DNA of 62,867 bases, counting the filler, from Phoronis australis (Eukaryota; Animalia; Phoronida): NCBI GenBank assembly GCA_002633005.1. It is 12 parts of 12 records of this genome, joined end to end, with 100 filler letters (N's around TTAATTAATTAA, not from the genome) between each part and the next. Parts side by side here need not be neighbours in the genome. Positions count along the whole stretch, not along the records: positions 10,904 to 24,518 come from NMRA01001579.1; positions 24,619 to 27,188 come from NMRA01003597.1; positions 27,289 to 30,294 come from NMRA01003281.1; 9 more parts are not named here. One strand, given 5' to 3'. Position numbers and translations under genes: made by a program. Numbering within the stretch: position 1 is the stretch's first letter; the number at the start of each line of letters is the position of its first letter. Shown here in pieces: positions 16,901 to 28,813 of this stretch. Under the pieces are notes generated by a model, which worked only from the letters and a program-made list of their open reading frames with translations, searched no databases and was not told the origin of the DNA.

Positions 16901-19900
16901 AGAAATATGTTCGCTCCATACTACCGAATGCAGTGACGCTCCACTCGTGGACTTCGCAAAGTATTCTCACTTGCGACGCAGTCTTGGATCAGTTGGAAAC
17001 TTGTGCAAAGATACCCCAGCCCTTGGTGTATTGCCACAGCCTCCAACTACACAACAGTCAGGCATTCTTTTTCAAATATTTACTCCAGTTTAAATCTAAA
17101 AATCCGTATACATTTGAAAAAAGTACTCCTCTTGGCACACAGCAATGGACACTGTGGACTCAGTCAGGCTGACTCTGCAATGATCGGGTCACATCCCTAC
17201 TGACTACAGTAAAATTTTTACGGCAACAGACAAGACCATGTGCATGTGTGTCACATTTCAAAGAATTAATGGGCAAAAGTTGCATAATAAATCGATTCTA
17301 ACAAACATGAAGATTCCATTTGTGCCAGATAGTCTCAGCCTAGAATATAAACCTATGGACAGACTCGGCAGTGATTGGGTCAGGAATTCCTGATGTGTAA
17401 TAAGATGTGACGTGTTTCCGAAGATAGCCGAAGTTCAAAATTTTCTGTTCTCAAAACTTTGTGGGGAAGTGGGAACGTGTTTTAAACGAATAGTAGAAGA
17501 ATATGGGGTATGAAATAAAACAAAATGTGGTTTATAAGCAAACTTTATTAACAGTCAACACGTGTGTATACATATTAACTACAACTAAATAGCTGTGAAC
17601 CAATCTCTCTTCTAAGGTTTACACCTGAAATATGCTTTGTAAAACTTTATTTGAAAAATTGAATGAATTGATTCTGTTCATGCCAAATTAATTTTTTAAT
17701 ATTTGCTACATGTCTGTCATTCAGATGTGGAAGAGCCCTGCTGGCCTGAATGTCTACCTCTGTCGTCACTGTTCAACACGCGGGCCCTGTTTAGCGTGGC
17801 TGACGGGGAGGACGACAACCTTAGTCCTGATTACTGGCTGTCAGTGCTTACTCTTGATGATTCAGATCAAGAGGTGGAAATGGTATGTTGTGATGATGAT
17901 ACTGCCAACAATTTCTTGTTGGTATTCTCTGAAACTTTACCTGAATTTTACTTAAGCTATCTAAGAAACTGTTTGGTGTGCTTTAATGTTGCCAATATTC
18001 TCAATGTTTCTGAAACAGACTGGTTTGTCATAGCTATGAATTCGTAGTTCCATAAATAAGAAAACATAGGAGATGTGACTGTGCTTAGGACCTGATTGTA
18101 ACATGTATAAATTTTGTTAGCCCCATGCTGTAGTCTGCTCACGCTTTGATAGCTGTTAAATCAGGGGTGACAGACAAACAATACAATGGGTCACAGAACT
18201 GGCATAAAGAACCAAAAACACTTACCACACTACAAATCACCACATACTGTGAAAACTTACCACATGGGAAAAACTGTCTCTGAACAAAAGGACAGACTAG
18301 GAACTCTTACCAGGAACAAATAAGGCAGTGTGGTAACTGGTCACCAGAGGCTGCTCTCCTGTTGTATGGAAAATATCTTTAATGTACTACAAGTCATTTT
18401 TGTTATTTTGAATGACTTATTAAAACGAAATTTAAGGTAGGGCTCTATATTTATATAGGTGACCCCCCTGTATCTAAGAATGCTGTTCCCTTCTCGTGGG
18501 ACACTTCACATAATTTGAATTCTAATCTCTCCACATGAATCAACTGTCAATAGTCTACTAATTGTTAACACATTCCTGTCATGTTTTAAATCACTTCATT
18601 ACTGCATTTAAATCAAGAAAAGTAAAAACAAATAACGGGTATTCAATTTAAGGTCAAAGTGCTGTTTGAACTTACTTTGTACTAAGTAATACAATCGTTT
18701 GTCCTGGTGTCGTGATCCTATGAGTACTAGTGTTGGTAAAGTAATGGTGATGTGTTCAATGACTGTATAGCATTAACAGTTTGTAGTAAAAATATAATTT
18801 CTATCTGATTTTACAATAGTCGAGTAATTTATTTTTTTAAAAAATGAAACAAGCTACCTTAGTGTGCCAGCTAGATCGACAAAATTTTCTTTAGCAGGGA
18901 GCTAGCACTATGCGCAGGGAGTAATGTGCGAGAACAGAGTTGTTCTGTGCATTAGCACAGGTGGTGTGGGAAGGGAGAATACGCCTCAGTGAGAAGGAAT
19001 ATTGGGTGTCAGAGAAGAGGGTTGTGCACGAGTAGGAAGTCTAGGTGCCCTGTTTGTGGTTTGTATCGAGATTTGTCATGTGAGAGCAGCTATTTCACCA
19101 GGACTTTAATATTTTCTACTGTCATTCAAAAGAATTCCATTGTAAACGTGCTGCTTTATGACAGGTTAAGTGTGATTTACAAGACATGGCTGAAAAATAC
19201 TGTAAGGACTTCAACTTGGAACAAGAACTGACCAGCAAGAGTAAGCTGCCGTCGGATTTGGAAGTTGTCAAACCACGCAAGCGAATCAGGTAAAAAATGC
19301 AACCCCGGGTAGACTTTGGGTTAGTTGTGGACCTTTGAAGAGTCTCTCACATATTGTTAAGCGCACGTGTGTTACAAATCCTGGCAATGCTCTGTAACAT
19401 TAATAGAGTCTATGGAGAAAGGACTTCATGCTCAATCGTATTGTGTTCTCATAAAGAGTGGTAGACTGAGATGTGAGTACCAGTAGAAAGGTGGTTTTGA
19501 AAGACAATTTAATCACTGTCAGTCTTGACACTTGTTTGTTTACAGGGGTCCTCGTAGAAGTCATGATATGATCAACATCAGCCAAGGGCGTGGTGGACGA
19601 AAACCATTTGGTGAGACTAAAAATAGTAAAAGAATGTAACGGGCTTTTTTGTGAACTGGTTTCCGGTGAAGTCTGTGAAACTCTTCAATACTATACCGAG
19701 TCCCTGTGTTTCTCCTATGTTTACTATCAATTTCTTAGGGGCAATAGTATCCATAGCAACCAAAGCACCTGTACAGCTTATGTGTAGGTGTTTGTTGATC
19801 ACTAGTGTCACGAGTGGCATTGTCATGGGACTGGTTTACAAAACATCTGGGCCCGAAATCTAATATTTGTGTTTGACATTTTCCATTATAATTTTATACA

Positions 19901-22900
19901 AATTCAAAATGGTTGTTTATTATTCTGAGCTCCAGTTTGACATGAGTTATGTGTATGACTGCCTTATCCTAACTTGCACTTCATGACTCCAGCATTAAAG
20001 TTATAAGTTCGAGTCTGAGCTCAAAATTTTCAGTTTTTACTTGGAATTTAGATTTTTTACTCAAGTTTGTAGCTCAAATCTAGTGGTTGTCTAATGCAAA
20101 GTTGGATTATAAACTCATCTCTGTGAAGTATAATGTACTCGAGCATAGAATAATAAACATTTATCTTAAGTTTGTATTAAACCAGGGCAGAGAATGTTGA
20201 AAAATATTTTTAGTTCGAATAGACGCCTGGTCCTGGCCCTTTTAAACTATCATACAGTTACATCTGGATTCTGATTAATGTACTATTCTGTTCCATTTTT
20301 TCAGTATCTACCTGTAAGATACCTTTTTATGCATTGAAAATAGTGAGCATTCTGACACCTTATTGACCTGTTACCCCATGATTCAGCAGCTGTTCAGTTA
20401 ATTTCATTGGCAGTCATTTTACTTGTGTTTGACTAGTAAGGTCAGAGCCCAGAAGAAGAGTAATATTTGTTTATATCTGTCTCTTTGGAGTGTAGGCAGC
20501 CAAGAGGTACCACTTCATTGATTAGTAGTGATCAGTCACTGTTGGTTCACCTGTGACTCAATGTACTATTGCACCTCTACCCTTTTTCGTCACAATTTTG
20601 TCATCATTCTCTGCTCATCCTTGCAGTTGCACCAATGAGGGGTCGTGGGTTCGGTCGTGGGGCATCAGGCAATCGTCCCAACGATCATTTCCGCTCGCGT
20701 CCACCTAATACCAGCCGCCCGCCATCCATGCATGTTGACGACTTTGTTAAGTTTGAGCAACATCCAGACCCAGAGCAGCCACGAAGGAGTGAAAGGGTAG
20801 GAGGCTATTATCTACACACTATTGTCACACCGTGCAAAATTTTGTAGCTTGCCTCTTTTGTAAATGTTGTGATTATATGATTTCTGATTTGCATTTGTTG
20901 CTTGTCACACCATAATATTAGCCAAAAAAGTCAACCACCTGTTAACGCCACATGCAGTAGTAAGGTCTCACAGCGAAGCAAAAATCAGTCGATAAATGAG
21001 CTTTGCTCAGTGCACTCCTGTGATTAGGAAAACTAACTTGCGGTCTTAAAGAGACCCCTAACATGTACCCGTATCAGTTAAGAGGCACTGTATTTCGTTT
21101 GAACTTTAATTTTAGTGTTTGCAGATCTTTTTCAGGTATTAAATGTTTATTCACCTCTAGCAAACAAAACTATAAAACAGGAGAGATGATATGCAGCTAA
21201 ACATGGATTATCCTCACTAATCAAGATAACACCCTTCAGGATGTAATTTAATGAGGTTAACAAAGTTTGAAAGTTGATGTTTTTGTACAAATTTTTGTGA
21301 AAATGTATAATTTTGGCAAGTATCATTAGTAAGTTAACAGCTCAATTTTCCAGCTGAGTATTTTTCAAGACTCCAAACTTTGTCTAAAGGAAGATCTACA
21401 TGATATATTTGCTTCAATCATTCGCTGAACAGAAGCCAAAAACGAGATACGAGACGACATTCCCAAAATAAATGAAGGAAGGTGTCATTGTGCTCTCCAC
21501 AGAATGAACATAGGTCATCTGCTTTTACTTTTATTTTATGCAAAAAGTTATTGGTTGGCAATATCCTGTGGTGGTACTGACACCAACACAATTTTGTGTC
21601 TTGTGTGTTTGAAATTGACTGCCTGGTAGCTTCAAATGCATTCCCTCACAGAAATAATCCGGACTTGTGCATAGAATTCTCTGGGTTTTGTTAAATGTTC
21701 ATTTATTCAATGAATTTGATTTACAGGACAGTGGTCGTGGACGAGGTTTTGACCGGGGTCGTGGGAGGGGCTTTGATCGTGGTCGCGGGTTTGAACGGCA
21801 ACGGGGCAGGTTCTTCAGCCCACCAGGACGTTACTTGCGCGGCGACTCCCGTGGTGGATTCAGAGGCAGTAGGGGTGGGTCTCGAGGCAGCCCAACCTTT
21901 AGAAATGGCTCCAGACCTAGTCCATCACGTGGCTTCAAATATTCACCTCGTGGTGGCAGCTTTGGTGGCCGAGGGTAGGTAGCTGTAAGCAGTTGAAAAA
22001 ATCATAAATTCTCATCTCCCAAACAGTCAATAAAGTTTTATTCAAGATTTCTGATTACCTGTCATAAGTGTGATTCATTTACAATATCCATGTCTGTGGA
22101 ACAGTGTACAAGAGATGCAACAATTTCAACTTCAATCTGGTTATTGGTTTTTCCGGTGCTGATGGCAGCCCAATAAAACACTTCATTTAGTTTTTCCTTC
22201 ATTGCTTCAGAAAGTTTGCCTTACAAATCCGTTAGATACATTTTGTCCAAAGTTACTGATACAGAATACTAAATAAATTCAGTTCCCCTTGATACCTATA
22301 TTTATGCGCCCACATTATATGTGGACGCATTATGCCGTCATCTCTGTCCGCCATCTGTCCAGCGTCCGGCATCCATCCGGCGTCCAGCATCCATTCGGCG
22401 TCCGGCATCCACTGCTCTATCTCCAAAACCCTTAGACATATGTTCATGAAATTTTGCAGGTATGTTCCTTTCATGGACGGTATGCCATGAGCGAACTTTT
22501 GGATGGATCCGACTACTGGTGGCAATTTTAGTTTTTTACATTTACTTATGTATTTTCAAAGGTCTTCAATGTATTTTCATAAAATTTGGCATGTAGGCAT
22601 CTGTGAGATGATGCTATCCTCCGGTTTTCAGATGGATTCGACGTAGTTTGCGCCACCTAGTGGCCATTTTGCTGTTTTTGAGTCTGCTCTAAGGATAATT
22701 CTGAAATTTGGCATGTATGTTTTTACTGTGAAGAGGACAGCTGATGATGATTTTCCGACGATTTTGACTTCTGTGGCACCTGCTAGTGGCAGTTTTGTTT
22801 TTTGTGCCCATGGCTGTATTTCCTAAACCGTTTGTAGAAACTGTACTAAATTTAGCAGGTGTTGAAAATGGACGACGATAACTTTCCGACGGATCTAACT

Positions 22901-23898
22901 ACTGGTTTGCCCCCTAGTGGCAATTTTATTTTTTTTACATTTACCTCAGTCTGTATCTTCAAATGTCCTCAACGGATTTTCAGAAAAATTGGAATATAGG
23001 CATCTACTGGTGAGATGATGCTATCCACCCTTTTTCGGATGGAGTCGAGGTACTTTGCACCACCTAGTGGCCATTTTTGCTGCTTTCGAATCAGTTTTTG
23101 GCGTCCACCCCTCTAAGGCTGATTTTGAAAATTGACGTATATGTTCTCATTGTGAAGAGGACGGTTGACGATGACGACTTCTGTGGCGTCTCCTAGAGGC
23201 AATTTTGTTTTGTTTTTTTTGTTTTGTGCCCATGGCTGCATCTCCTAAACCCAACGCAGGATTTTTATTTAATTTAGTAATTGTATTTATATGAAGCTAA
23301 CTACAGACGACTACATCTCAGGCGGATCCAACGAACACTGTGTCGTCCCATAGGGGCAATTTCATTTTTTCTGTTTTCCTTTGTTTCTCTGAAGTTCCAT
23401 GACAGATTTTAATGAAATTTAGTAAATAGCTTTCTATTAAACAAGTGATGGCATGTTCCCGTTTCCAGATGGATTGGATATTTTTGCGTCATCTAGTGGC
23501 CATTTTTATGAAACAAATAATTAACCCTAGAAGCACACCATTTGTGGTGCATTTGTGGGCGCATTTCGACGCTCTGCGTTGCTCTTGTTGAAGTACTCTT
23601 GTGTTGTATCTACCTACTACTCTTCTTGAAGAACTTTGAAAGACACTAGATTGTTATACCTTAGTTAAAAGACTTGGATTATAGAAGTTGGGTGGCAGAT
23701 TGTAGGCATGTTTACAAGTACATGTTTCATTTCAGACACAACCGTTCATCATCTGTTGACAATCGACGGGATGGCCGTGACACTGGCGAAAGGTTTGGCC
23801 GTGGACGGGGAGGACGTGGGCCTGATAGATTTGTCCAGCCATCAGGGTCAGGATTCCGAGACCGCAGAGAGAGACACCAAAGATCCTTCACAAAATAA
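10904..23898 (+). CDS. VIRMA: Protein virilizer homolog (m6A writer complex scaffold), 3' nine exons through the stop codon
   Basis: Phase-compatible exons 10904-10997, 14297-14396, 14786-14882, 17725-17882, 19165-19289, 19546-19610, 20627-20796, 21727-21974, 23736-23898. Contains the diagnostic DHFRSRPPNTSRPPSMHVDDFV, RFFSPP, an RG/RGG-rich tail and the terminal RHQRSFTK* (human, as recalled: RHVRSFTR). AATAAA at 24485-24490. Confidence 0.93.
11167..11508. mobile_element. Degenerate MITE-like element with ~65-bp terminal inverted repeats in a VIRMA intron
   Basis: CATATTTGAACCTGTTCTGCTGGA...ATCCTCAGAGATGTCTTGTCTC is inverted relative to GAGACCAGACATCTCAGAGGAT...TCCAGCAGACCAGGTTCAAGTATG. Confidence 0.6.
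12583..14150 (+). mobile_element. Helentron-type non-autonomous element (HINE/DINE-like), degenerate copy with internal tandem units
   Basis: 5' TTATGTGCCCACA...TATGTGG hairpin, ATCC-type microsatellite and internal ~135-140-bp units ending CCTAGTGGC; homologous to 22301-23589. Confidence 0.7.
15070..15270. repeat. Minisatellite, about 6 copies of a ~32-bp unit
   Basis: TGAGGCCATATTCAGCCCATAATGTGACCTGC in tandem. Confidence 0.92.
15845..16649. mobile_element. PIF/Harbinger (Tourist-like) MITE, 805 bp, TTA target-site duplication
   Basis: TTA|GGGCTGTTCCAGTAAAATCCGTGTGGGAGGGGGGG ... CCCCCCCTCCCATACAGATTTTGCTGGAACAGCCC|TTA; ~35-bp TIR with 3 mismatches. Confidence 0.88.
16840..17065 (-). pseudogene. 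THAP-domain pseudogene (transposase N-terminus) with in-frame stops
   Basis: Hand translation from ATG at 17065: MPDCCVVGGCGNTPRAGVSLHKFPTDPRLRRK*EYFAKST...VVWSEHISMDCF*. This matches the C-x4-C...FP...W...CxxHF THAP pattern, with the conserved W mutated to TGA. Absent from the ORF track. Confidence 0.8.
22301..23589 (+). mobile_element. Complete Helentron-type non-autonomous element (HINE/DINE-1/pearl-like)
   Basis: Perfect 11-bp subterminal IR ATGCGCCCACA (22304-22314)/TGTGGGCGCAT (23554-23564); 5' partial IR TGTGGACGCAT; TCCG/ATCC microsatellite 22345-22412; internal tandem units; 3' hairpin CGACGC-TCT-GCGTTG followed by CTCTTGTT. Confidence 0.85.
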
Positions 23899-24632
23899 GC
23901 ATGTCAAGTTTTGCCATCTGAATACTGTGTTGAGCTGCAAATTAGTGCCTGGGTTAATAATTTGTCATAAAATGCGCAGTCTGTACTTCTGTTTAATGCA
24001 ACCCAAGTTGAGAACTGTCGATTTCCACTGACTGAATGTAGTTATCTATTGGTGACCTGTTTGTGGACCTAGCTTTCGAGTCCATCTTAGGCCCTTTGTC
24101 AGGGTACTGGCGGGAATCTTTGTCACGTGGTCACCAGTGGGTGGTCTTTGGTGGTTGTCCCGCTAGTATCCCAACGAAGGGTTCAGAACAGGCTCAAAAG
24201 CTAGGTCTTAAAAGCTGTTCCATCGAAACACAAACAGGTCGCCGATACATTACAACTCTATCCCCTGTACAAGTAGTTATAGTCACGGGAAAGATAATAA
24301 GCTTTTTGCAACACAATCAGTTGTTCAGTACATACTATGAAAATGTTTTAAGGCACAGCAGGAAAACACGTTGAACTATTCCCTACATGCTTTGAATTGT
24401 TTGCGTATTATCATTTCCTTTCATGTTTCATTTTCTGTCTTAGCTATGCTGTTCCTACTTTAAGAGAAATAGAAAGCGTTAGAAAATAAAGCCATGCTAT
24501 GTCCATACATTTTGATATNNNNNNNNNNNNNNNNNNNNNNNNNNNNNNNNNNNNNNNNNNNNTTAATTAATTAANNNNNNNNNNNNNNNNNNNNNNNNNN
24601 NNNNNNNNNNNNNNNNNNTGGCGGTCTATTAC

Positions 24633-27038
24633 CTGTTACCTTTCTGGCCAGGTAAACCATTGGGGTCGATAAAGGCTCGCTCCAGTTGCATCATTTGGTC
24701 ATTCATCATTCGAACTGCCATTGGGCTGAAAAAACAAGACACACTGTTTTCAAACTCGTACAACGTTATTTTCGAAAGACTCTTCCTTGGACTGAAGCTT
24801 GAACTTGATTTTGGTAATACTCTTTCTGAGATTTAATGGGCTTAAAATTGTCAATATTGTGTGAATCAGCAATTTTTATGCACAAATATTAACAATGACA
24901 GGTCGTGTTGTTAGTGACATCTCGTAAAGGACAGTACCATAGAACTTAAGATTCCAATAGTATAAAGTATTCCTAGTTAACTATCGAGGTCAATAAGTGT
25001 TGGAGTACTTCAACTGGACAAAGGGAGAGCAGTTACATGTACCTTCTGTTTTGGATAAGGCAATTTCTGCTGAGCAACGACTTAACTTACTCCTTTTTGT
25101 TCACCGCGTTCAATCTGTCCGAAAAATCTTGACAGGCCTTGCCAAAACCAGCGACAGCTTCTCGCAAGAAATCTATGAAGTACAAATCAAAACAAAGTTT
25201 CAATGGAAATATCTAGGAATAGACATTGAAATTTGGTATTTTTTTAAATACATAAATTGTGCATACGTCGGTGTTCAACAAAATGTCCCCATGTGACAAA
25301 TAGTTTTATGTAAATTATAAACCCTGTATGTTCAGCAATTTCCACTGCTTGCTTTCAAGGTGTTTAAATAATGGAGTGAGATGACGCATGCGCACTTTAC
25401 AAGATGTAACCATGGCAGAAAAGTTGAAGAACCTAAAGAAAATGGTGATACAAACGCATCGTTTTTGAAAGTGCATTGTTTGGATTAATTTTCCCAACTC
25501 TATGGAAACTCAGTGGTCCATTTCTGAAAATTTATGCTAGTGGTTTACGAGCATGACAGGTTTTCACCCACGGGACCGTTGTTAAGTAACATAGTTTGAT
25601 CTGGTACTTTTGTGTTTTTTCACTCTTACCTAATCCACGTTGCAGTCCATTTTGTTTCATTTTATCCTCGTAACTGTCCAGGAAATTGGCGGTGAAATCT
25701 TGAAGGGCCTCACTGTAGTGTTTTACATCGAAAGGTAGTAACAATTCGTCCGCTAATGATCGAGCTATTTCGCCCCAAACCCGAGTTACCGCTGTCAAGT
25801 ACTAAAAATATAAAAGGCAGTAAAGTACGATTAAAAATAGCAAACCCATCACAGGACAACATCGACGACTGTTAATCTTTTGTTTAAGTTTTTTAAATGC
25901 ATTTGAACTAACTGGTGATAAATATTTGCTGAATTTCATTATGGGGAAATAGGAATTTTAAAACGGGACGGTATAAAGACCACTATATAGAAAGCCGACG
26001 ACTTGAAATAGCTACTGTCCTGAATGCCCTTCGTCCTAAAAAGTATTCTATTGGCAAGATATTGCAGTGAAAAAGTGGGGCTTGGGTTTTTGTGGGGTTT
26101 ACACTAAAAAGACCAAAAACGCTCGTTTTACACAGTCAGTGGGAGACGACTATGAAGTTCCTATGTAATGGTCTTCATATGGGTCCGAGTGGATGTCTGC
26201 GTGCGTGCCTGCACGCGTGTGTGTGTGCGTGTGTCTATGTGTGTGCATGCTTGCGAGTGTGTGTGCGTGTGTGTGCGTGTGCCGGTGTATGCACATTGTG
26301 TGAAGCTTTGGCGAAACAGACATGCTGATATCTTGTTTTCTTAAAAGCGGCGTTGCTCAGGAGATTGTTTTGCTTGAAGCACACTCGAGCGTAGATACTA
26401 TCGCTGGTTATAACTTGCATGAAATTCATTAGTGAACAACTAAGTCACCTTACGTAGCTCTAGAAAACTTGAGTACCCTGAGGGTGGTAACAATCTGAAA
26501 TGCAACTGTTATATTAAAACTAGTGTTTTGTTACACTGAATACTTTACCTTGTAATCTTTGTCCATAATTTGGTCAACTAAATGAAAAGTTTCATAAACC
26601 GAATGGTAGAGGGGATAGGATGACAATTTCAGCCTCTGTAAATACGAAAGTTGTTAAAGAGACAGCCTGCAATTTATTAATTTCCTCAAACGTTCTATGA
26701 ATAGTCTGAAATTTATCAACTTCCTTATGCATTAGGGATTTTACAAAATGTTCAGAACTTGGAATACTTTTCGTGCTCGTACCTAAAACACAAACTTATC
26801 AAAGCTTTCCGTTGAATTTCGATAATCCCGTATATGTAGAGTCTCCAACGTGTGTATGGCGTTCGCGTACTAATTAGTGTTAACAAGACTATTATAACAG
26901 GCGTGGGTATGAACCACTTTGCAACTGTAATTATAAACCATACTTGCCCGATCGAATGTGTATCTTATACCACAAGAAGGGATTCCTCCAAGTTGAACGA
27001 ATGCTCGAAAGTCACTACCAGACCCTATCTTCTGTACC
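24633..27038 (-). CDS. Glutamate carboxypeptidase II / NAALADase family (peptidase M28B), five C-terminal-region exons
   Basis: Exons in transcript order 27038-26948, 26635-26549, 25801-25630, 25172-25091, 24725-24633 give [13 protein letters not shown]...[23 protein letters not shown]...[14 protein letters not shown]...[21 protein letters not shown], matching FOLH1/NAALAD2 motifs. Confidence 0.93.
26195..26285. repeat. Compound (GT/GC)n microsatellite
   Basis: GCGTGCGTG...GTGTGTGCGTGTGT run. Confidence 0.85.
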
Positions 27039-27415
27039 CTGAACACACAACGACAGTACATTATTTTGACAAGCATATGCGTAAATTACTTTTTTAATTA
27101 AGCTACATAGGTGACTTTCGAAATAGCCGCGCCGTACTGAAATTCACTTACACGCCAGACGGCGATCAGGTGTTTGGTGGACAGACGTNNNNNNNNNNNN
27201 NNNNNNNNNNNNNNNNNNNNNNNNNNNNNNNNTTAATTAATTAANNNNNNNNNNNNNNNNNNNNNNNNNNNNNNNNNNNNNNNNNNNNATGAAATGATCA
27301 GATTTGGGATTCAAAAAGCATGTGTCAGGGTTTGTTGACTTATCCTGGTTGACCTTTTAAACAAAGTATGTAGAGTAACTTTGACATTTGTTATTGATTA
27401 AATGGTAAATGTTGA

Positions 27416-28567
27416 CCCTTATCCTGCTAAGCCTCTATTCAGACAACTTTCCCTGTGTGCTAAGTAGGTCACCACTGCTGTTGTGCATTGGGCTGTTACG
27501 AAGGTCACTCATATTAATGACCTTACATTTTTAAATTGGAAATTTGAAGGGGTAATGTCGACTTCACATAAAAGTAGTCTGCACTAAAGTTGTTCAGAAT
27601 TTAATGGAGATTTTCACCATATACCTATCTTTACCATAGCCTTGGTGTAAATAATTCTATAAACTTTCAAACTGGACAGCCTTTGTTTTTATCTGTTTTC
27701 ACACATGAGAACATTATAGCTGACACTCAAAAACTGCAATAAGCATTTTTGAAAGGGAATTCATGGGACTTGCATGTTTAATAAAGCAGATTTATTGTCT
27801 GTAACATCACATCTACAAACAAGAATGTACAGTATATAACATACCTCAACTTTGCACGATAACAAATTTATGACTGGTACAGTCACTTGCTAAAGTCTGT
27901 TTTGAAGTTCACCTTGGTGTGCAAAAACTTGAAACATGGGTGGGGACACAAAGCTATTCTGTGAAAAAGTCACAAAAATATGTAGTTCTGAATGAGTTCC
28001 ATCATGTTTCAGAGGCTCTGTATTATGCGCGAAGGGTGTGACCCAAGCATCGTCGTAGGCCCGTCCAAGTTCAGCTTCAGGGACCGTTAACTCCTCCAAA
28101 ATTGCACTGAGATTCGAATCGATAGAATCTGTATTACTTGTGACTGTTGTATTAGTTTCCCAGTCACTGTCAACGTCACTTTCGAGTGCCAATTCCAGCT
28201 CGTTTTCACTATCTGAGTCCGTGAACACTTCCTCAAGAAACTGGTCAACAGTCATCTTGCCACGTTTGGCACCAGCCAAGATAAAACTTGTGTAAACTTT
28301 CAAATATCTTGATTACAACTCACCACAGCCATATGTTGTAAATCAGAAAAATGTACAGGAAACTATGAACTGTGGAATGCGCACACACATATATAAACAG
28401 CATACGGGGCTTTCACAATTTCTGAATGAAAAGCACCAGTGTCCAGGGGTGAGTTCACCCTCCTTGTGTAGTCTAGCTGTAGCTTATTTTAGGTGATTGA
28501 GTACACCCGACGCATTTTAATAGGATAATTGGCTTGTCGGCTGACCTCGCCTAGCGCAGGATGAGGG
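27416..28567 (-). mobile_element. Internally deleted piggyBac-like element (1152 bp)
   Basis: TTGA|CCCTTATCCTGC ... GCAGGATGAGGG|TTAA (CCC...GGG termini; one TTAA flank degenerate). Internal minus ORF 27890-28303 with an acidic D/S-rich segment typical of piggyBac transposase N-termini; no DDD catalytic domain. Confidence 0.7.
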
Positions 28568-28813
28568 TTAAAGATGTAACACCAAAAATCAAAGCTAAGC
28601 CACTTTGAAAATTGTCATTGTGTCATCTGCCTGTTGATAAAACTTTAGTTTAGTGGTGCGTTCTAAATTTGAAGTTGTGTCTTGACGTGCAGCATTAAGT
28701 TGTTTTTAAGCCAGTGTCAGGTAAATGGGTATTTATTTTTCAGCTTTTTGAAACCATGCATTTCATGCATATATTGTTTTAGAAATACACAAATGTGTAA
28801 ATTTGCATTTTAG

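Larger units (their letters stand above)
15554..17481 (-). mobile_element. Probable decayed Kolobok-like DNA transposon containing a THAP pseudogene and a nested MITE
   Basis: Flanked by TTAA (15550-15553, 17482-17485), with weak terminal similarity (AGACATAGTTTCAC vs AACACGTTCCCAC on the opposite strand) and an internal THAP remnant. Boundaries are inferred. Confidence 0.45.
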
